A program made the position numbers and the translations under genes. DNA of 64,000 bases from Balneola sp. (lineage in GTDB: Bacteria; Bacteroidota; Rhodothermia; Balneolales; Balneolaceae), in contig JAYPBC010000006.1 of assembly GCA_038124025.1 (NCBI GenBank), positions 22,516 through 86,515 on the forward strand, given 5' to 3'. The notes beneath the pieces were generated by a model. The model did not search any database, was not told the origin of the DNA, and saw nothing but the letters and a program-made list of their open reading frames with translations. Of this stretch, positions 48,866 through 58,826 are shown one piece after another. Each line of letters opens with the position of its first letter. Within the stretch, counting starts at the first letter, position 1.

Positions 48866-51532
48866 ATGAGCGCTAAAAAGCAGACGCCTTTGATGAGGCA
48901 GTACAGTCAGATTAAAGAAAGACATCCTGAAACCATTTTGTTATTTCGGGTGGGGGATTTTTATGAAATCTTTGGGTCGGACGCAGAATTGGTTAGTAAA
49001 GAACTTGGAATTACCTTAACCAAACGTAACAATGGGGGGGATCAAACTCCTTTAGCAGGATTCCCATTTCATGCACTGGATTCTTATTTGCCCAAATTAG
49101 TTAGTAAGGGATATAAGGTGGCAATATGTGAGCAGACCGAGGATCCAGAAAGTGCAAAAAATGCAGGCCGTAAAATTGTAGAGCGTCAGGTCACTGAAAT
49201 TACCACGCCCGGGCTCAGCCTATCAGAAAAAGTATTGAGTCATAATCGGAATAACTACATTTTTTCTATATATAAAGAAGGGACCAAACTGGGTGCTTCT
49301 TTTGCCGATATATCCACTGGAGAATTTGGGGCCTTAGAGTGTGAATATGATCAGATACACTCTATTTTATCCATGTTTGAACCCTCTGAAATAGTCGTTT
49401 CAGCCTCTCAAAAAAAATGGGCATATGAGCATTTTACTGAATTAAACATCAGTTTAGCTGAATCTTGGATGTATGAGGGGGAGTATGCAAGAGATCAACT
49501 TCTAGCCCATTTTAACACTCACTCTCTTAAAGGTTTTGGAGTAGAGTCCATGCAACTAGCCCAACGGGCAGCAGGTGTTCTGTTAGAATACATAAAAAAT
49601 AACCAGAAGAGAGTTATGGGGCATATCCGCCGGCTGTATCGCTATGAGCAAAGTGATTACATGAGCTTAGATCCTTCTACTAAAAGAAATCTCGAGCTTA
49701 GTGCCTCGATGCATGAGGGGAAATTGGAAGGCTCCTTAATTTCAATTTTGGATCAAACCATAACCCCAATGGGTGGGCGATTGCTTAGGCGCTGGTTAAC
49801 GCACCCATTAAAGCAATTAGAACCAATTCAAGAACGCTTAAAACGAGTAGAAATACTATTTGAGCAGCGAACAGTGCGTAACGAAATTCGTGAATCCTTA
49901 AAAAAATTAGGAGATTTAGAACGACTAATATCTAGGATTTGTGTGGGACGTTGTAGCGCTAGGGATATTCGGCAATTGGGTTTTTCCCTCCAGGTAATCC
50001 CAGATTTATTGGCACATACTAAAGAATTAGATTCCGATTTAATTTATAATGAACTCCAAAGATTACCGGATACTTCCGAGTGGGTTCACTTCATAGAAAA
50101 ACATATAAGCGATGAACCTCCCGCAACACTTCGAGATGGCGGAATCATTAAGTCTGGTTGGAATCAAGAGTTAGATGAACTTAGAGATATCGCGCAAAAT
50201 GGCAAGAAATATATTGCAAAGATAAAAGATACCCTTACTCAAGAGGCAGGGATTCCCTCTCTAAAAATTGGATACAATAAGGTTTTCGGGTATTACATAG
50301 AAGTGACTAATGCCCACAAAGAAAAGGTGCCGGATCATTTTATTCGCAAACAAACATTAGTAAACGCCGAGCGTTATATAACCCCTGAGTTAAAAGAAAT
50401 TGAGGAAAAGATACTTTCCGCTGAGGACAAGAGTAAGGCATTAGAAGCCGATTTATTTGAACAAGTCCGAGCGCATATAGCACAATTTTCGGACGGAATT
50501 CTGGGCATCGCATCGGCCATCTCAACTTTGGATGTATACCAGTCACTGGCACAGATTGCTTTCACGAATACGTATGTAAAACCGGAATTAAATCAAGATA
50601 GCACACTCGAAATAATAAAAGGCCGGCATCCTGTGGTGGAACGAAGCTTGCCGGTGGGTGAACCTTTTATTCCCAACGATATTTGTTTAGATCAGCAAGA
50701 CGAACAAATTATGATTATTACCGGCCCAAATATGGCAGGTAAAAGTATTATACTCCGTCAAACAGGGCTCATTGTTTTGCTAGCACAAATTGGGAGCTAT
50801 GTACCGGCTGAACGTGCTCGAATTGGTTTGGTCGATAAGATATTTACCAGGGTCGGCGCTTCAGATAATTTAGCAGCGGGTGAAAGCACGTTCCTGGTTG
50901 AGATGAACGAGGCGGCCAACATATTAAATAATGCTACTGAACACTCCCTCATTCTGCTTGATGAAGTGGGAAGAGGAACTAGCACCTTTGATGGATTAAG
51001 TATCGCGTGGGCCTTGGCCGAATACCTTCATAATCATATACCAGTCGCAGCAAAGACCTTATTTGCGACTCATTATCATGAATTAAATGCCCTTGAGTCG
51101 ATGTATAAGCGCATTATTAATTACAATGTCCAAGTTCGCGAACATGAGGGTAAAGTAGTTTTTTTGCGAAAGCTTGTTCGAGGTGGGGCTGATCATAGTT
51201 ATGGAATTCAAGTAGCCAACATGGCTGGGCTTCCCAAGGAATTAATTCAAAGAGCACAAGTGATATTGGAAGAACTTGAAGGGCAACGTTTAGAAATCCA
51301 AGACAGCTCAGAAAATATTGCCCAAACAATGGTAAAGAAAGACACCGGAAAGCATCTATCTTATAAGGTTCAGCCTATGGCAGAAAGTGATCAAATGAGT
51401 TTATTTGCCGTTGCAACAGATCCAGTACTCGAAGAATTGCGCAACAAATTAGAGGCCATTGATCCAAATAAACTCAGTCCAATGCAGGCTTTATTACTCA
51501 TAGATGAATGGAAAAAGTTATTAGACCAATAA
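48866..51532 (+). CDS. mutS: DNA mismatch repair protein MutS
   Basis: N-terminal mismatch-binding motif (TPLMRQY...GDFYE), Walker A GPNMAGKS, and TFDG/THYHEL. Confidence 0.97.
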   Translation: MSAKKQTPLMRQYSQIKERHPETILLFRVGDFYEIFGSDAELVSKELGITLTKRNNGGDQTPLAGFPFHALDSYLPKLVSKGYKVAICEQTEDPESAKNAGRKIVERQVTEITTPGLSLSEKVLSHNRNNYIFSIYKEGTKLGASFADISTGEFGALECEYDQIHSILSMFEPSEIVVSASQKKWAYEHFTELNISLAESWMYEGEYARDQLLAHFNTHSLKGFGVESMQLAQRAAGVLLEYIKNNQKRVMGHIRRLYRYEQSDYMSLDPSTKRNLELSASMHEGKLEGSLISILDQTITPMGGRLLRRWLTHPLKQLEPIQERLKRVEILFEQRTVRNEIRESLKKLGDLERLISRICVGRCSARDIRQLGFSLQVIPDLLAHTKELDSDLIYNELQRLPDTSEWVHFIEKHISDEPPATLRDGGIIKSGWNQELDELRDIAQNGKKYIAKIKDTLTQEAGIPSLKIGYNKVFGYYIEVTNAHKEKVPDHFIRKQTLVNAERYITPELKEIEEKILSAEDKSKALEADLFEQVRAHIAQFSDGILGIASAISTLDVYQSLAQIAFTNTYVKPELNQDSTLEIIKGRHPVVERSLPVGEPFIPNDICLDQQDEQIMIITGPNMAGKSIILRQTGLIVLLAQIGSYVPAERARIGLVDKIFTRVGASDNLAAGESTFLVEMNEAANILNNATEHSLILLDEVGRGTSTFDGLSIAWALAEYLHNHIPVAAKTLFATHYHELNALESMYKRIINYNVQVREHEGKVVFLRKLVRGGADHSYGIQVANMAGLPKELIQRAQVILEELEGQRLEIQDSSENIAQTMVKKDTGKHLSYKVQPMAESDQMSLFAVATDPVLEELRNKLEAIDPNKLSPMQALLLIDEWKKLLDQ

Positions 51533-51590
51533 ACTCTCAAGCCAATAAACTCTACCAACCAAATGTGGGCTGTCGCTCGGTGTCATAACC

Positions 51591-52484
51591 ATGAAAAACT
51601 CAGCTAAATACATTGCCGATCGTATCAGGTTAATGATTGCTACCAAGCAATTTCAAATAGGGGAGGCTTTGCCATCTACCCGGGAGCTGGGTCGGCAGCT
51701 GGAGGCTAGTTTTCATACCGTTCGCAAAGCTTATCACTCCTTGGCTGAGGAAGGACTACTGAAAAGTGAGAAGGGGAAAGGCTTTTTAGTAATGCGCCAG
51801 CGAACACTATTGGACAAGGAACAGCGATTAGAAGTGGGAGGTGCGAAAGTACAATCACTGGTTGAGGAGTTGGTGGGCTATGGCTTAGATGATGCCGAGA
51901 TTGAGTTGTTGTTTCAGGAGCAGTTGGATTACATGGATTGGCCTGATCGAATACAAAGCTGTGCTTGTGTGGGGGAAAATGCTGAAATGGCCTCGATGCT
52001 CTCCACAGCCATTCGTACGCAAGTGGGGGTGAAATCGGAACAGGTACTTGTGAGTGAGTATGAAAAAGCGGCTACCTATGACGCAATTTTTATTCCTATA
52101 CGCTTTATGACTCAGTTTCGTCCTTTGCAGGAGCATACGATGGTCATACCGATTATTTACCATTACGAGCCTGAACTAATTTTATCCGTAACCGAACGTG
52201 CAAGTTTGCAAACCATAGGTCTTGTAACCGCGCAGGAGGATAGCATCCCAAAAATTATCAATGAGCTTAAACCCACCCTAGCCTTTGATGGGTCATTTGT
52301 AGCGGGGAGCATATACGGTAAATCACTTCCCTTATTTGTCCGGGATACCGATCTAATTTTATACACCCCTGAGAGTGCCCGCCTTGTTGAACAAAAAATT
52401 CCAGAGAAAAACCGTTTAAAATTGGCTTACAGACTAAGCGATCGAAGCGCTGAGATGATTCGAAACGAACTCTGGGAGCAATAA
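51591..52484 (+). CDS. GntR family transcriptional regulator with an uncharacterised C-terminal domain of about 220 aa
   Basis: N-terminal GntR wHTH (LPSTRELGRQLEASFHTVRKAYHSLAEEGLLKSEKGKGFLV). The C-terminal part is not an obvious FadR, HutC, MocR or YtrA effector domain and may be PBP-like. Confidence 0.75.
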   Translation: MKNSAKYIADRIRLMIATKQFQIGEALPSTRELGRQLEASFHTVRKAYHSLAEEGLLKSEKGKGFLVMRQRTLLDKEQRLEVGGAKVQSLVEELVGYGLDDAEIELLFQEQLDYMDWPDRIQSCACVGENAEMASMLSTAIRTQVGVKSEQVLVSEYEKAATYDAIFIPIRFMTQFRPLQEHTMVIPIIYHYEPELILSVTERASLQTIGLVTAQEDSIPKIINELKPTLAFDGSFVAGSIYGKSLPLFVRDTDLILYTPESARLVEQKIPEKNRLKLAYRLSDRSAEMIRNELWEQ

Positions 52485-52487
52485 AAA

Positions 52488-54509
52488 ATGCTCAAATCAC
52501 AAAAAGACCTAAGTGAGGTAATACAACAAGCCTTGGATGCAATTGATAGCGAGTTAGAAGCAGTACGGTCTCTGCCTTCTAGAGAATGGCTTTATAATGG
52601 TCAGAAAAAAACGGATCGAGGGCAGTTTGTATATGGGTTTGAGACCAATCAACTTGGCTTACGTTTTGCCGACCAGGTCAAAGCGAGATTTCAAGGTCAA
52701 AATAAAGGTAACTCAGCTGAGCAAGACAGTGAAGGGTGGAAAGCTGTTGAAATTTTAGAGTTCAAAGATGGTGTCATTTGGATAGAATTTGATAAGGATT
52801 TTGGAATAGAAATCGATCGGGTAGAAGTTGAATGGGAAAATGATTTTGTCTGGATAAAACTTCGAGAGCAATTAGAATCTATTCAGGAACAGCAAGCTAG
52901 TAGTAAGAAAAATGAACAGAGTATAGCCTTGTTGGAACAGATGTTGGATTTGGATAAAGGACCGCTTCACCATGAAGAAATTATTCAGACAGCCGACCTA
53001 GGACGGTTTAATCCTTCGCAGAGGCAGGCTATACAATTGGCTATGCATCAGCCCATACTCTATATTTGGGGTCCTCCTGGGACAGGTAAAACGGCCAGTA
53101 TTGGAAGAATGGTGGCGGAATATCTTAGGCAAGGTAAAAAAGTGCTCATGGTATCGAATACCAATAGGGCTGTGGATGTAAGCTTATTGAGTGTACTACA
53201 ATCTATAAGTGAAATCGGCTTACATCAGCATTCCGCGTCTGTTTCTCGCTTTGGAGAATCTTGGTTGGATGACGAACACTTGGTTGAACATTCTTTTGAA
53301 GCTCAAATGGAAAAAGAGTTACAAGAGCGTATACATCGAGCCGCACAGTGGGATTCATTATTACACCGTTATGAGCAAGCGCAAGATACAGTGGATCATT
53401 TGATGGATAAGGATGAACCAATACCCAATGCCTTAGAGCTAGAGTGCCAAGAGTTAGGCAAGCGGGTTGATGATGTTGGGGGGGTAGCATTTTTAGAACA
53501 AGAAGTAGAACGGCTCTCAACTGTGAATGAGCGTCATGAACTAAAAAAAAGAAACTTGGTGGCGACTACCTTGGCTAAAGTGTGCACATCTGAGTTATTT
53601 TTTGGTTTAAAATTTGACGCTGTTGTTGTGGATGAGGCATCCATGGCGAATCTAGGTTTTTTACTGGTCATGGCATCGAAAGCAAAATCTCATGTCATTA
53701 TTACTGGCGATCCAATGCAATTACCACCCATAGCAATTACTGAAGATGTAGAAGCTCGTGCTTTTCTTGAGCAAGATATATTCACATGGGTAGCAGACGC
53801 CCAAGATAGCTCCCAACTTTTTGAATGGCACGACCAGTATCCGAACAACACTGCTTTTTTTGATACACAGTATCGATTGCAATCAGATCTGGCAGGGGTT
53901 ATCTCAAAGGTATTCTACGAAGGTAGGCTTAAAAGTGAGCAGCTTGGCCAACAGCCAGAGAATTCAGGTGAATTGGATGCGTGGTTTCAAGCATCTGTAG
54001 CACTAGTAAACACAGGTAAATATAGTCCCGAGCTCATACAAGACAAAAGTGAGCGTGGTTTTAGGCCAGTTAACGAGGTTCATCAACGCGTTATGATGGA
54101 GTCAGTGGAACGGCTACTGAAAAAATATGATGCCTCAGAAATTGGCTTAATAGTACCGTTCCGGTATTCCGTATATCAGTATCGCACGGCGCTTAGGGAA
54201 AGTATTCTACCCGGGGCACTTGGTATAGAGGTGGGGACTATTCATACCTTTCAGGGTAGGGAGAAAGAGGCCATTATTTTAGATACCATTATGACCGCAG
54301 AAATTCAATATGGCAAGAGGCGTGATTATAGCGTCCGTCCATTTGACGAAACTAAGAATGGCATGGCAGTGCCCCGACTATTAAATGTCGCTTGTACACG
54401 GAGTAAGAAGCTTTTAGTCATCATTGCTGATATGAACCATATGAAAAAAGTTTACAGAGGTAAATTTATGGCCCGATTTTTAAATGCTCTTTCTGAAATT
54501 TCTTTGTAA
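52488..54509 (+). CDS. superfamily 1B (Upf1/DNA2-like, AAA_11/AAA_12) helicase with an N-terminal domain of about 190 aa of unknown function
   Basis: Helicase motifs: Q NPSQRQAI, I GPPGTGKT, Ia MVSNTNRAVD, II VVDEASM, III TGDPMQLPP, IV-like QYRLQSDL..FYEGRL, V HTFQGREKE, VI NVACTRSKK. Confidence 0.85.
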   Translation: MLKSQKDLSEVIQQALDAIDSELEAVRSLPSREWLYNGQKKTDRGQFVYGFETNQLGLRFADQVKARFQGQNKGNSAEQDSEGWKAVEILEFKDGVIWIEFDKDFGIEIDRVEVEWENDFVWIKLREQLESIQEQQASSKKNEQSIALLEQMLDLDKGPLHHEEIIQTADLGRFNPSQRQAIQLAMHQPILYIWGPPGTGKTASIGRMVAEYLRQGKKVLMVSNTNRAVDVSLLSVLQSISEIGLHQHSASVSRFGESWLDDEHLVEHSFEAQMEKELQERIHRAAQWDSLLHRYEQAQDTVDHLMDKDEPIPNALELECQELGKRVDDVGGVAFLEQEVERLSTVNERHELKKRNLVATTLAKVCTSELFFGLKFDAVVVDEASMANLGFLLVMASKAKSHVIITGDPMQLPPIAITEDVEARAFLEQDIFTWVADAQDSSQLFEWHDQYPNNTAFFDTQYRLQSDLAGVISKVFYEGRLKSEQLGQQPENSGELDAWFQASVALVNTGKYSPELIQDKSERGFRPVNEVHQRVMMESVERLLKKYDASEIGLIVPFRYSVYQYRTALRESILPGALGIEVGTIHTFQGREKEAIILDTIMTAEIQYGKRRDYSVRPFDETKNGMAVPRLLNVACTRSKKLLVIIADMNHMKKVYRGKFMARFLNALSEISL

Positions 54510-54516
54510 AAAATGA

Positions 54517-54549
54517 TTTGCTCAAGAGGTGCAGATGGCCTTATATTTG
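54517..54549 (+). promoter_or_regulatory. candidate Bacteroidota-type promoter (-33 TTTG / -7 TAnnTTTG) for tRNA-Gly
   Basis: TTTG at 54517-20, a 21-nt spacer, then TATATTTG at 54542-49, which ends 22 nt before the tRNA 5' end. Confidence 0.35.
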
Positions 54550-54571
54550 TCAACCTTCTATGGACGGTTTG

Positions 54572-54643
54572 GCGGGAATAGCTCAGTGGTAGAGCACAAC
54601 CTTGCCAAGGTTGGGGTCGCGAGTTCGAATCTCGTTTCCCGCT
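54572..54643 (+). tRNA. tRNA-Gly (anticodon GCC)
   Basis: Cloverleaf by hand. Acceptor GCGGGAA/TTCCCGC, D arm GCTC-AGTGGTA-GAGC, anticodon arm CAACC-TTGCCAA-GGTTG, T arm GCGAG-TTCGAAT-CTCGT. CCA is not encoded. Confidence 0.95.
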
Positions 54644-54649
54644 CATTTA

Positions 54650-54682
54650 AAGGCAATCGGAATAAATCTGATTGCCTTTTTT
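54650..54682 (+). terminator. intrinsic terminator after tRNA-Gly
   Basis: Perfect 9-bp stem AAGGCAATC/GATTGCCTT with an 11-nt loop, followed by a T-run. Confidence 0.8.
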
Positions 54683-54705
54683 AGTTTAAAACTAAGTTGT
54701 GATAG

Positions 54706-56049
54706 ATGAAACTTTTGTTCACGTTGTTATTAGCATTACTCCTAATATTTTGTAGCCCTCCAACTGGTAATGATAATGCTAAAAGAAGCTCTGACAACTT
54801 GAATGAATTGCAAAAAGATGTGTTGAAGTATTTTTGGGATTATGCACATCCAATTTCCAATCTATCACGAGAAAGGCTTCATGTAAGTGATTTGATCTAT
54901 GATTACAATAGGGTGACTATTGGTGGATCGGGATTTGGCATTTTAAATATTTTAATGGGTATAGAAAATGACTTTATAGATAAAGATGAAGCAGTTGAAC
55001 ACTTAGAAGTAGCATTAGATTTTTTGGAGAAAGCGGATCGATTTCACGGAGCTTGGCCACATTGGATAAATGGTAGTACTGGATCAGTGATTCCATTCAG
55101 TGATTTAGATGATGGAGGTGATCTAGTTGAAACAGCTTTTCTTGTTCAAGCATTAATCTGTATAAGAGAATACTTTAAAGATGGTAATGCTAGAGAAATT
55201 GAACTTGCTGAAAAAGCCGACAAATTGTGGAAAGGTGTTGAATGGGATTGGTATACAAATGAGCAAAATGTACTTTATTGGCATTGGTCTCCTAATTATC
55301 AATGGGCAATTAATCTGCCAATTACAGGTTACAATGAAGCTCTTATCACTTATATTTTAGCAGCTGCATCTCCTACATATTCTATTTCCCATGAAGTATA
55401 TCATCAAGGATGGGCTAATTCAGGTGGGATAAAGACAGAAGAAGAAGTCTATGAAATTCCTATTCTATTAAAACACGGGGGAACTAATGGGCACGTTGGC
55501 CCATTATTCTTTTCACACTACTCGAATTTAGTACTGGATCCAAGAGGACTCAGTGATCAATATGTAGAAAATTATTGGAATGTTGTTAAAAATCATACAG
55601 AAATAGTTTATCAACACTGTGTAGAAAATCCTAAAAATTATGAAGGTTATAGCGAGTCAGTATGGGGTTTGACAGCAAGCTATACAAGAAATTCTGATGG
55701 GACAACTGGGTATAGTGTACATGATCCTAACAATGATAAAGGAGTCATTACACCTACTGCAGCTTTGTCTTCATTTCCGTATACACCAGAAAAATCAGCT
55801 AAATTTTTAGATTATTTGTACGATAATTCAAATGGTGAGTATTTAGGGCTAGCAGGACCATATGATTCTTTTTCTATACATTATAAATGGAAGGCAGAAA
55901 GATATTTAGCTGTAGATCAGGGAACTATTGGACCTATGATAGAAAATTATAAAACTCAGCTTTTTTGGAATTTATTCATGAATGCACCGGACATACAACA
56001 TGGACTGAAGAAATTAGGATTTTCATCATCAGAGTATGGTTTCTATTAA
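54706..56049 (+). CDS. glucoamylase-like family lipoprotein (PF10091 / GH144 beta-1,2-glucanase-like)
   Basis: Lipobox LLIFC/S. Motifs YFWDYAHP..., GGSGFG, FHGAWPHWINGSTG, DLVETAFL, VEWDWY, LYWHWSP and YNEALITYILAAASPT fit this family as I remember it. Confidence 0.65.
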   Translation: MKLLFTLLLALLLIFCSPPTGNDNAKRSSDNLNELQKDVLKYFWDYAHPISNLSRERLHVSDLIYDYNRVTIGGSGFGILNILMGIENDFIDKDEAVEHLEVALDFLEKADRFHGAWPHWINGSTGSVIPFSDLDDGGDLVETAFLVQALICIREYFKDGNAREIELAEKADKLWKGVEWDWYTNEQNVLYWHWSPNYQWAINLPITGYNEALITYILAAASPTYSISHEVYHQGWANSGGIKTEEEVYEIPILLKHGGTNGHVGPLFFSHYSNLVLDPRGLSDQYVENYWNVVKNHTEIVYQHCVENPKNYEGYSESVWGLTASYTRNSDGTTGYSVHDPNNDKGVITPTAALSSFPYTPEKSAKFLDYLYDNSNGEYLGLAGPYDSFSIHYKWKAERYLAVDQGTIGPMIENYKTQLFWNLFMNAPDIQHGLKKLGFSSSEYGFY

Positions 56050-56073
56050 AAAAATTTCCTAAAGACGTAGGCA

Positions 56074-57885
56074 TTAATTATCGATAGATTCATAGTAGTT
56101 TCTAAGTGTATAGAAAGCTTTTTTACGAACACCTTGTTCAGAAATGAGTCCTTTTCTATTGAAGTCAGCTTGAATCTTACGTAAGTGTCTCCTTGGAGAC
56201 CTAAAATCCATTAAAATCCAGGGTGAAGTACCTGCCAGAAATTCAATATTTTTTAGCATTTCAATATTATTTATGTAGACAGCATCTTGATATTCTTCTG
56301 TCCACCTATCAATCTCGTTTCCATGATTACCTTGTAAAGCGCCCGCACCAAATTCACTCATGATCACTGGTTTATTATATTCAGATTCCCATTTTATGTT
56401 ACTACACGATGTGGGTGTTCCTCCATACCAACCGCAATAGCTATTGATACCTATCACATCTACAAATTCCCCAAACAGATCTTCTATGTGATTGACTCCT
56501 TTTCTTCTAGTTTGGGTGTCAAGTGCCGCAGTAATTAAACGGGTATTATCCATCTCTCTTGCCTTTGAGGCTAATTTTTTCAAAAAATTTAATCTTGCTT
56601 CGCCTTCAGGTGTCTCATTAGCAATTGACCAAAGAACAACAGCAGCTCGATTTTTATCTCTAGCTATCATTTCTTTTAGTTGCCGTTCTGCATTTGTGTA
56701 GGTGTCTGCATTCTCAAATAATACGGTCCAATAAACAGGTATTTCTGACCAAATAAGTAACCCCATTTTTTCGGCTTCTCTAACCATGTATTCATTATGA
56801 GGATAGTGTGCTAAACGAACAAAATTACTACCAAGATCTGTTGCCCATTGAAGTAAAATTTGAGCTTCTTCTTTAGAAGTAACCCGACCTGTTTTAAATG
56901 GAGCCTCTTCATGTATACTAATACCTTTGAGAAATATTTCTTCACCATTTAATAGAATTTTTGTTCCCTTAGTCTCTATAGTTCTAAAACCAATTTGATC
57001 ATTTATTGGATTATTGTTTGAAGAAAGAATTACATCATAGAGTTTTGGATTTTTTGTAGACCAATAAACCGGGTTAGCTTTAGTTTCAAATTCAACGATT
57101 CCCCTATCATCAGCATAGTATGTTTCGTCAATTTTTAGCTCAGGAATTTTTATAGAGACTTCATCTTCAAGATTTGAATTTTTTAATTTAATCCAACCAG
57201 TAATTTTTTTTGGGTCATTATTATCTAATTGTATTTTATAATCGTATATGTGCGTTTTAGGCACGTTAATTATTGATACAGATCTGGTGATCCCACCGTA
57301 ATTCCACCAATCAGTATTAACAGTTGGAACAGCTTCTCTTAATCTTTTATTGTCTACCTTTATTACAATTAAATTGTCTTTTTCTTTGAGTTTTCCAGTT
57401 ACATCAAAATAAAAAGGAGTATAGCCACCCACATGTTCTCCAATTTTTTCCCCATTTAAATAAACGACAGCGTGGTAATTTACTGCTCCAAAATATAGGT
57501 ATGTGGTTTCCCCACTGACTAAATTATGGTTGAAGTTTCTCTTGTACCATATAGTGCCTTCATAGTAATAGAGCTTCTCCATTTGAGTATTCCAATCTCC
57601 AGGAACCATAATTTGATAATCTGAATCAAAATTATATTCAATCAAATCAGAAGGATGTTTCATCTGACGATCAATAAAATATCCATCTTCTTTTGGTTGA
57701 TATCTATGGTTATAGTATCCATTTTCTAGTGGATCAATTATTATACTCCAAAGTCCATCTAATGTTTGTGAATCTCTATTCTGAATATTTTGTAAGAAAA
57801 AATCATTGGTAACCTGATGGCCTTGTAAAGAAGAAGAAATGGCAGCTACCAAAAAAAATGTAGATAAGTGTTTTTTTATCATCAA
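56074..57885 (-). CDS. glycoside hydrolase family 2, beta-glucuronidase-like (secreted)
   Basis: Signal peptide. GH2 TIM-barrel motifs (VRLAHYPH, WSIANE as acid/base, SEFG nucleophile region) and a C-terminal N-x-K (FNRKG), as in GUS enzymes. Same length (603 aa) as E. coli UidA. Confidence 0.8.
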   Translation of the reverse strand: MMIKKHLSTFFLVAAISSSLQGHQVTNDFFLQNIQNRDSQTLDGLWSIIIDPLENGYYNHRYQPKEDGYFIDRQMKHPSDLIEYNFDSDYQIMVPGDWNTQMEKLYYYEGTIWYKRNFNHNLVSGETTYLYFGAVNYHAVVYLNGEKIGEHVGGYTPFYFDVTGKLKEKDNLIVIKVDNKRLREAVPTVNTDWWNYGGITRSVSIINVPKTHIYDYKIQLDNNDPKKITGWIKLKNSNLEDEVSIKIPELKIDETYYADDRGIVEFETKANPVYWSTKNPKLYDVILSSNNNPINDQIGFRTIETKGTKILLNGEEIFLKGISIHEEAPFKTGRVTSKEEAQILLQWATDLGSNFVRLAHYPHNEYMVREAEKMGLLIWSEIPVYWTVLFENADTYTNAERQLKEMIARDKNRAAVVLWSIANETPEGEARLNFLKKLASKAREMDNTRLITAALDTQTRRKGVNHIEDLFGEFVDVIGINSYCGWYGGTPTSCSNIKWESEYNKPVIMSEFGAGALQGNHGNEIDRWTEEYQDAVYINNIEMLKNIEFLAGTSPWILMDFRSPRRHLRKIQADFNRKGLISEQGVRKKAFYTLRNYYESIDN

Positions 57886-57987
57886 TAGAGGGATTTGTAG
57901 TTAGAAAATTGTGAGTTCAAATATTATTTGCAAATGTAATGAAAAAAGCTGAAAATACAATCGTGCACGTACACGAATATAAATTTT

Positions 57988-58824
57988 ATGGGGAAACTAA
58001 AAAACTTAACTGTCCTAATTACTGGGGGGACTGGAATTCTGGGCAATAGAATGGCTTATGCATTGGGTAAAGAAGGAGCAACAGTAATTATTTCAGGTTT
58101 AAATGCTAAAAAAATTGCTACCTCAGTCTCGTATTTACGAGAGCATGCTATTGATGCTAGAGGAGTTGAAATGAATGTGTTAGATGAATCATCCATAGAA
58201 AATGCTTTAAATATTATTAAAGAATTTTCAATTCGGTCGATTGATATACTAATCAATGCAGCAGGAGGTAATCATCCAAAAGGAACCACCGATAAGACTA
58301 GATTTAAAATAGGAGATGATAAAACTGAAAATCTAAAAACATTTTTTGAATTGGATAAAGAAGGTATTCAATTTGTGTTTGATTTGAATTTTATGGGAAC
58401 ACTTTTACCAATCCAGAAATTTGCGCCATTATTAATGAATTCACCAAATCCTTCAATTGTGAATATTTCAAGTATGAATGCATTTAAACCATTAACAAAA
58501 ATTCCTGCATACAGCGCAGCAAAAGCTGCAGTTAGTAATTTCACACAATGGCTTGCTACACATTTTGCTGATGTTGGTATTAGAGTAAATGCAATAGCAC
58601 CAGGGTTTTTTTTAACAAAACAGAATAATAGTCTTTTAGTAAATGATGATAACTCTTTTACGGAACGTGGCAAAAAAATTATTAATCATACCCCGTTGGG
58701 TAGATTCGGCGAACCTGAAGATTTAGATACAACTATCACTTGGTTATGTGACCCTAGTACGTCATTTGTCACAGGAATTATTGTACCAGTGGATGGTGGA
58801 TTTAGTGCTTTTTCAGGAATCTAA
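57988..58824 (+). CDS. uxuB: SDR family oxidoreductase, probable D-mannonate oxidoreductase (short-chain UxuB type)
   Basis: Motifs TGGTGILG, NAAGG and YSAAKAA. Lies immediately upstream of uxuA with a 2-nt gap. Confidence 0.7.
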   Translation: MGKLKNLTVLITGGTGILGNRMAYALGKEGATVIISGLNAKKIATSVSYLREHAIDARGVEMNVLDESSIENALNIIKEFSIRSIDILINAAGGNHPKGTTDKTRFKIGDDKTENLKTFFELDKEGIQFVFDLNFMGTLLPIQKFAPLLMNSPNPSIVNISSMNAFKPLTKIPAYSAAKAAVSNFTQWLATHFADVGIRVNAIAPGFFLTKQNNSLLVNDDNSFTERGKKIINHTPLGRFGEPEDLDTTITWLCDPSTSFVTGIIVPVDGGFSAFSGI

Positions 58825-58826
58825 TT

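Noticed and set aside
54452-54646. A 64-aa minus-strand ORF
   Set aside because: It overlaps the tRNA-Gly gene and the 3' end of the helicase gene. It is an artefact of reading the tRNA antisense.
54572-56100. Calling the tRNA-Gly-adjacent block a mobile element or integrative island
   Set aside because: I could not see an integrase, transposase, or a direct repeat of the tRNA 3' end within the window. I report only a compositional anomaly as a finding and do not annotate a mobile_element feature.
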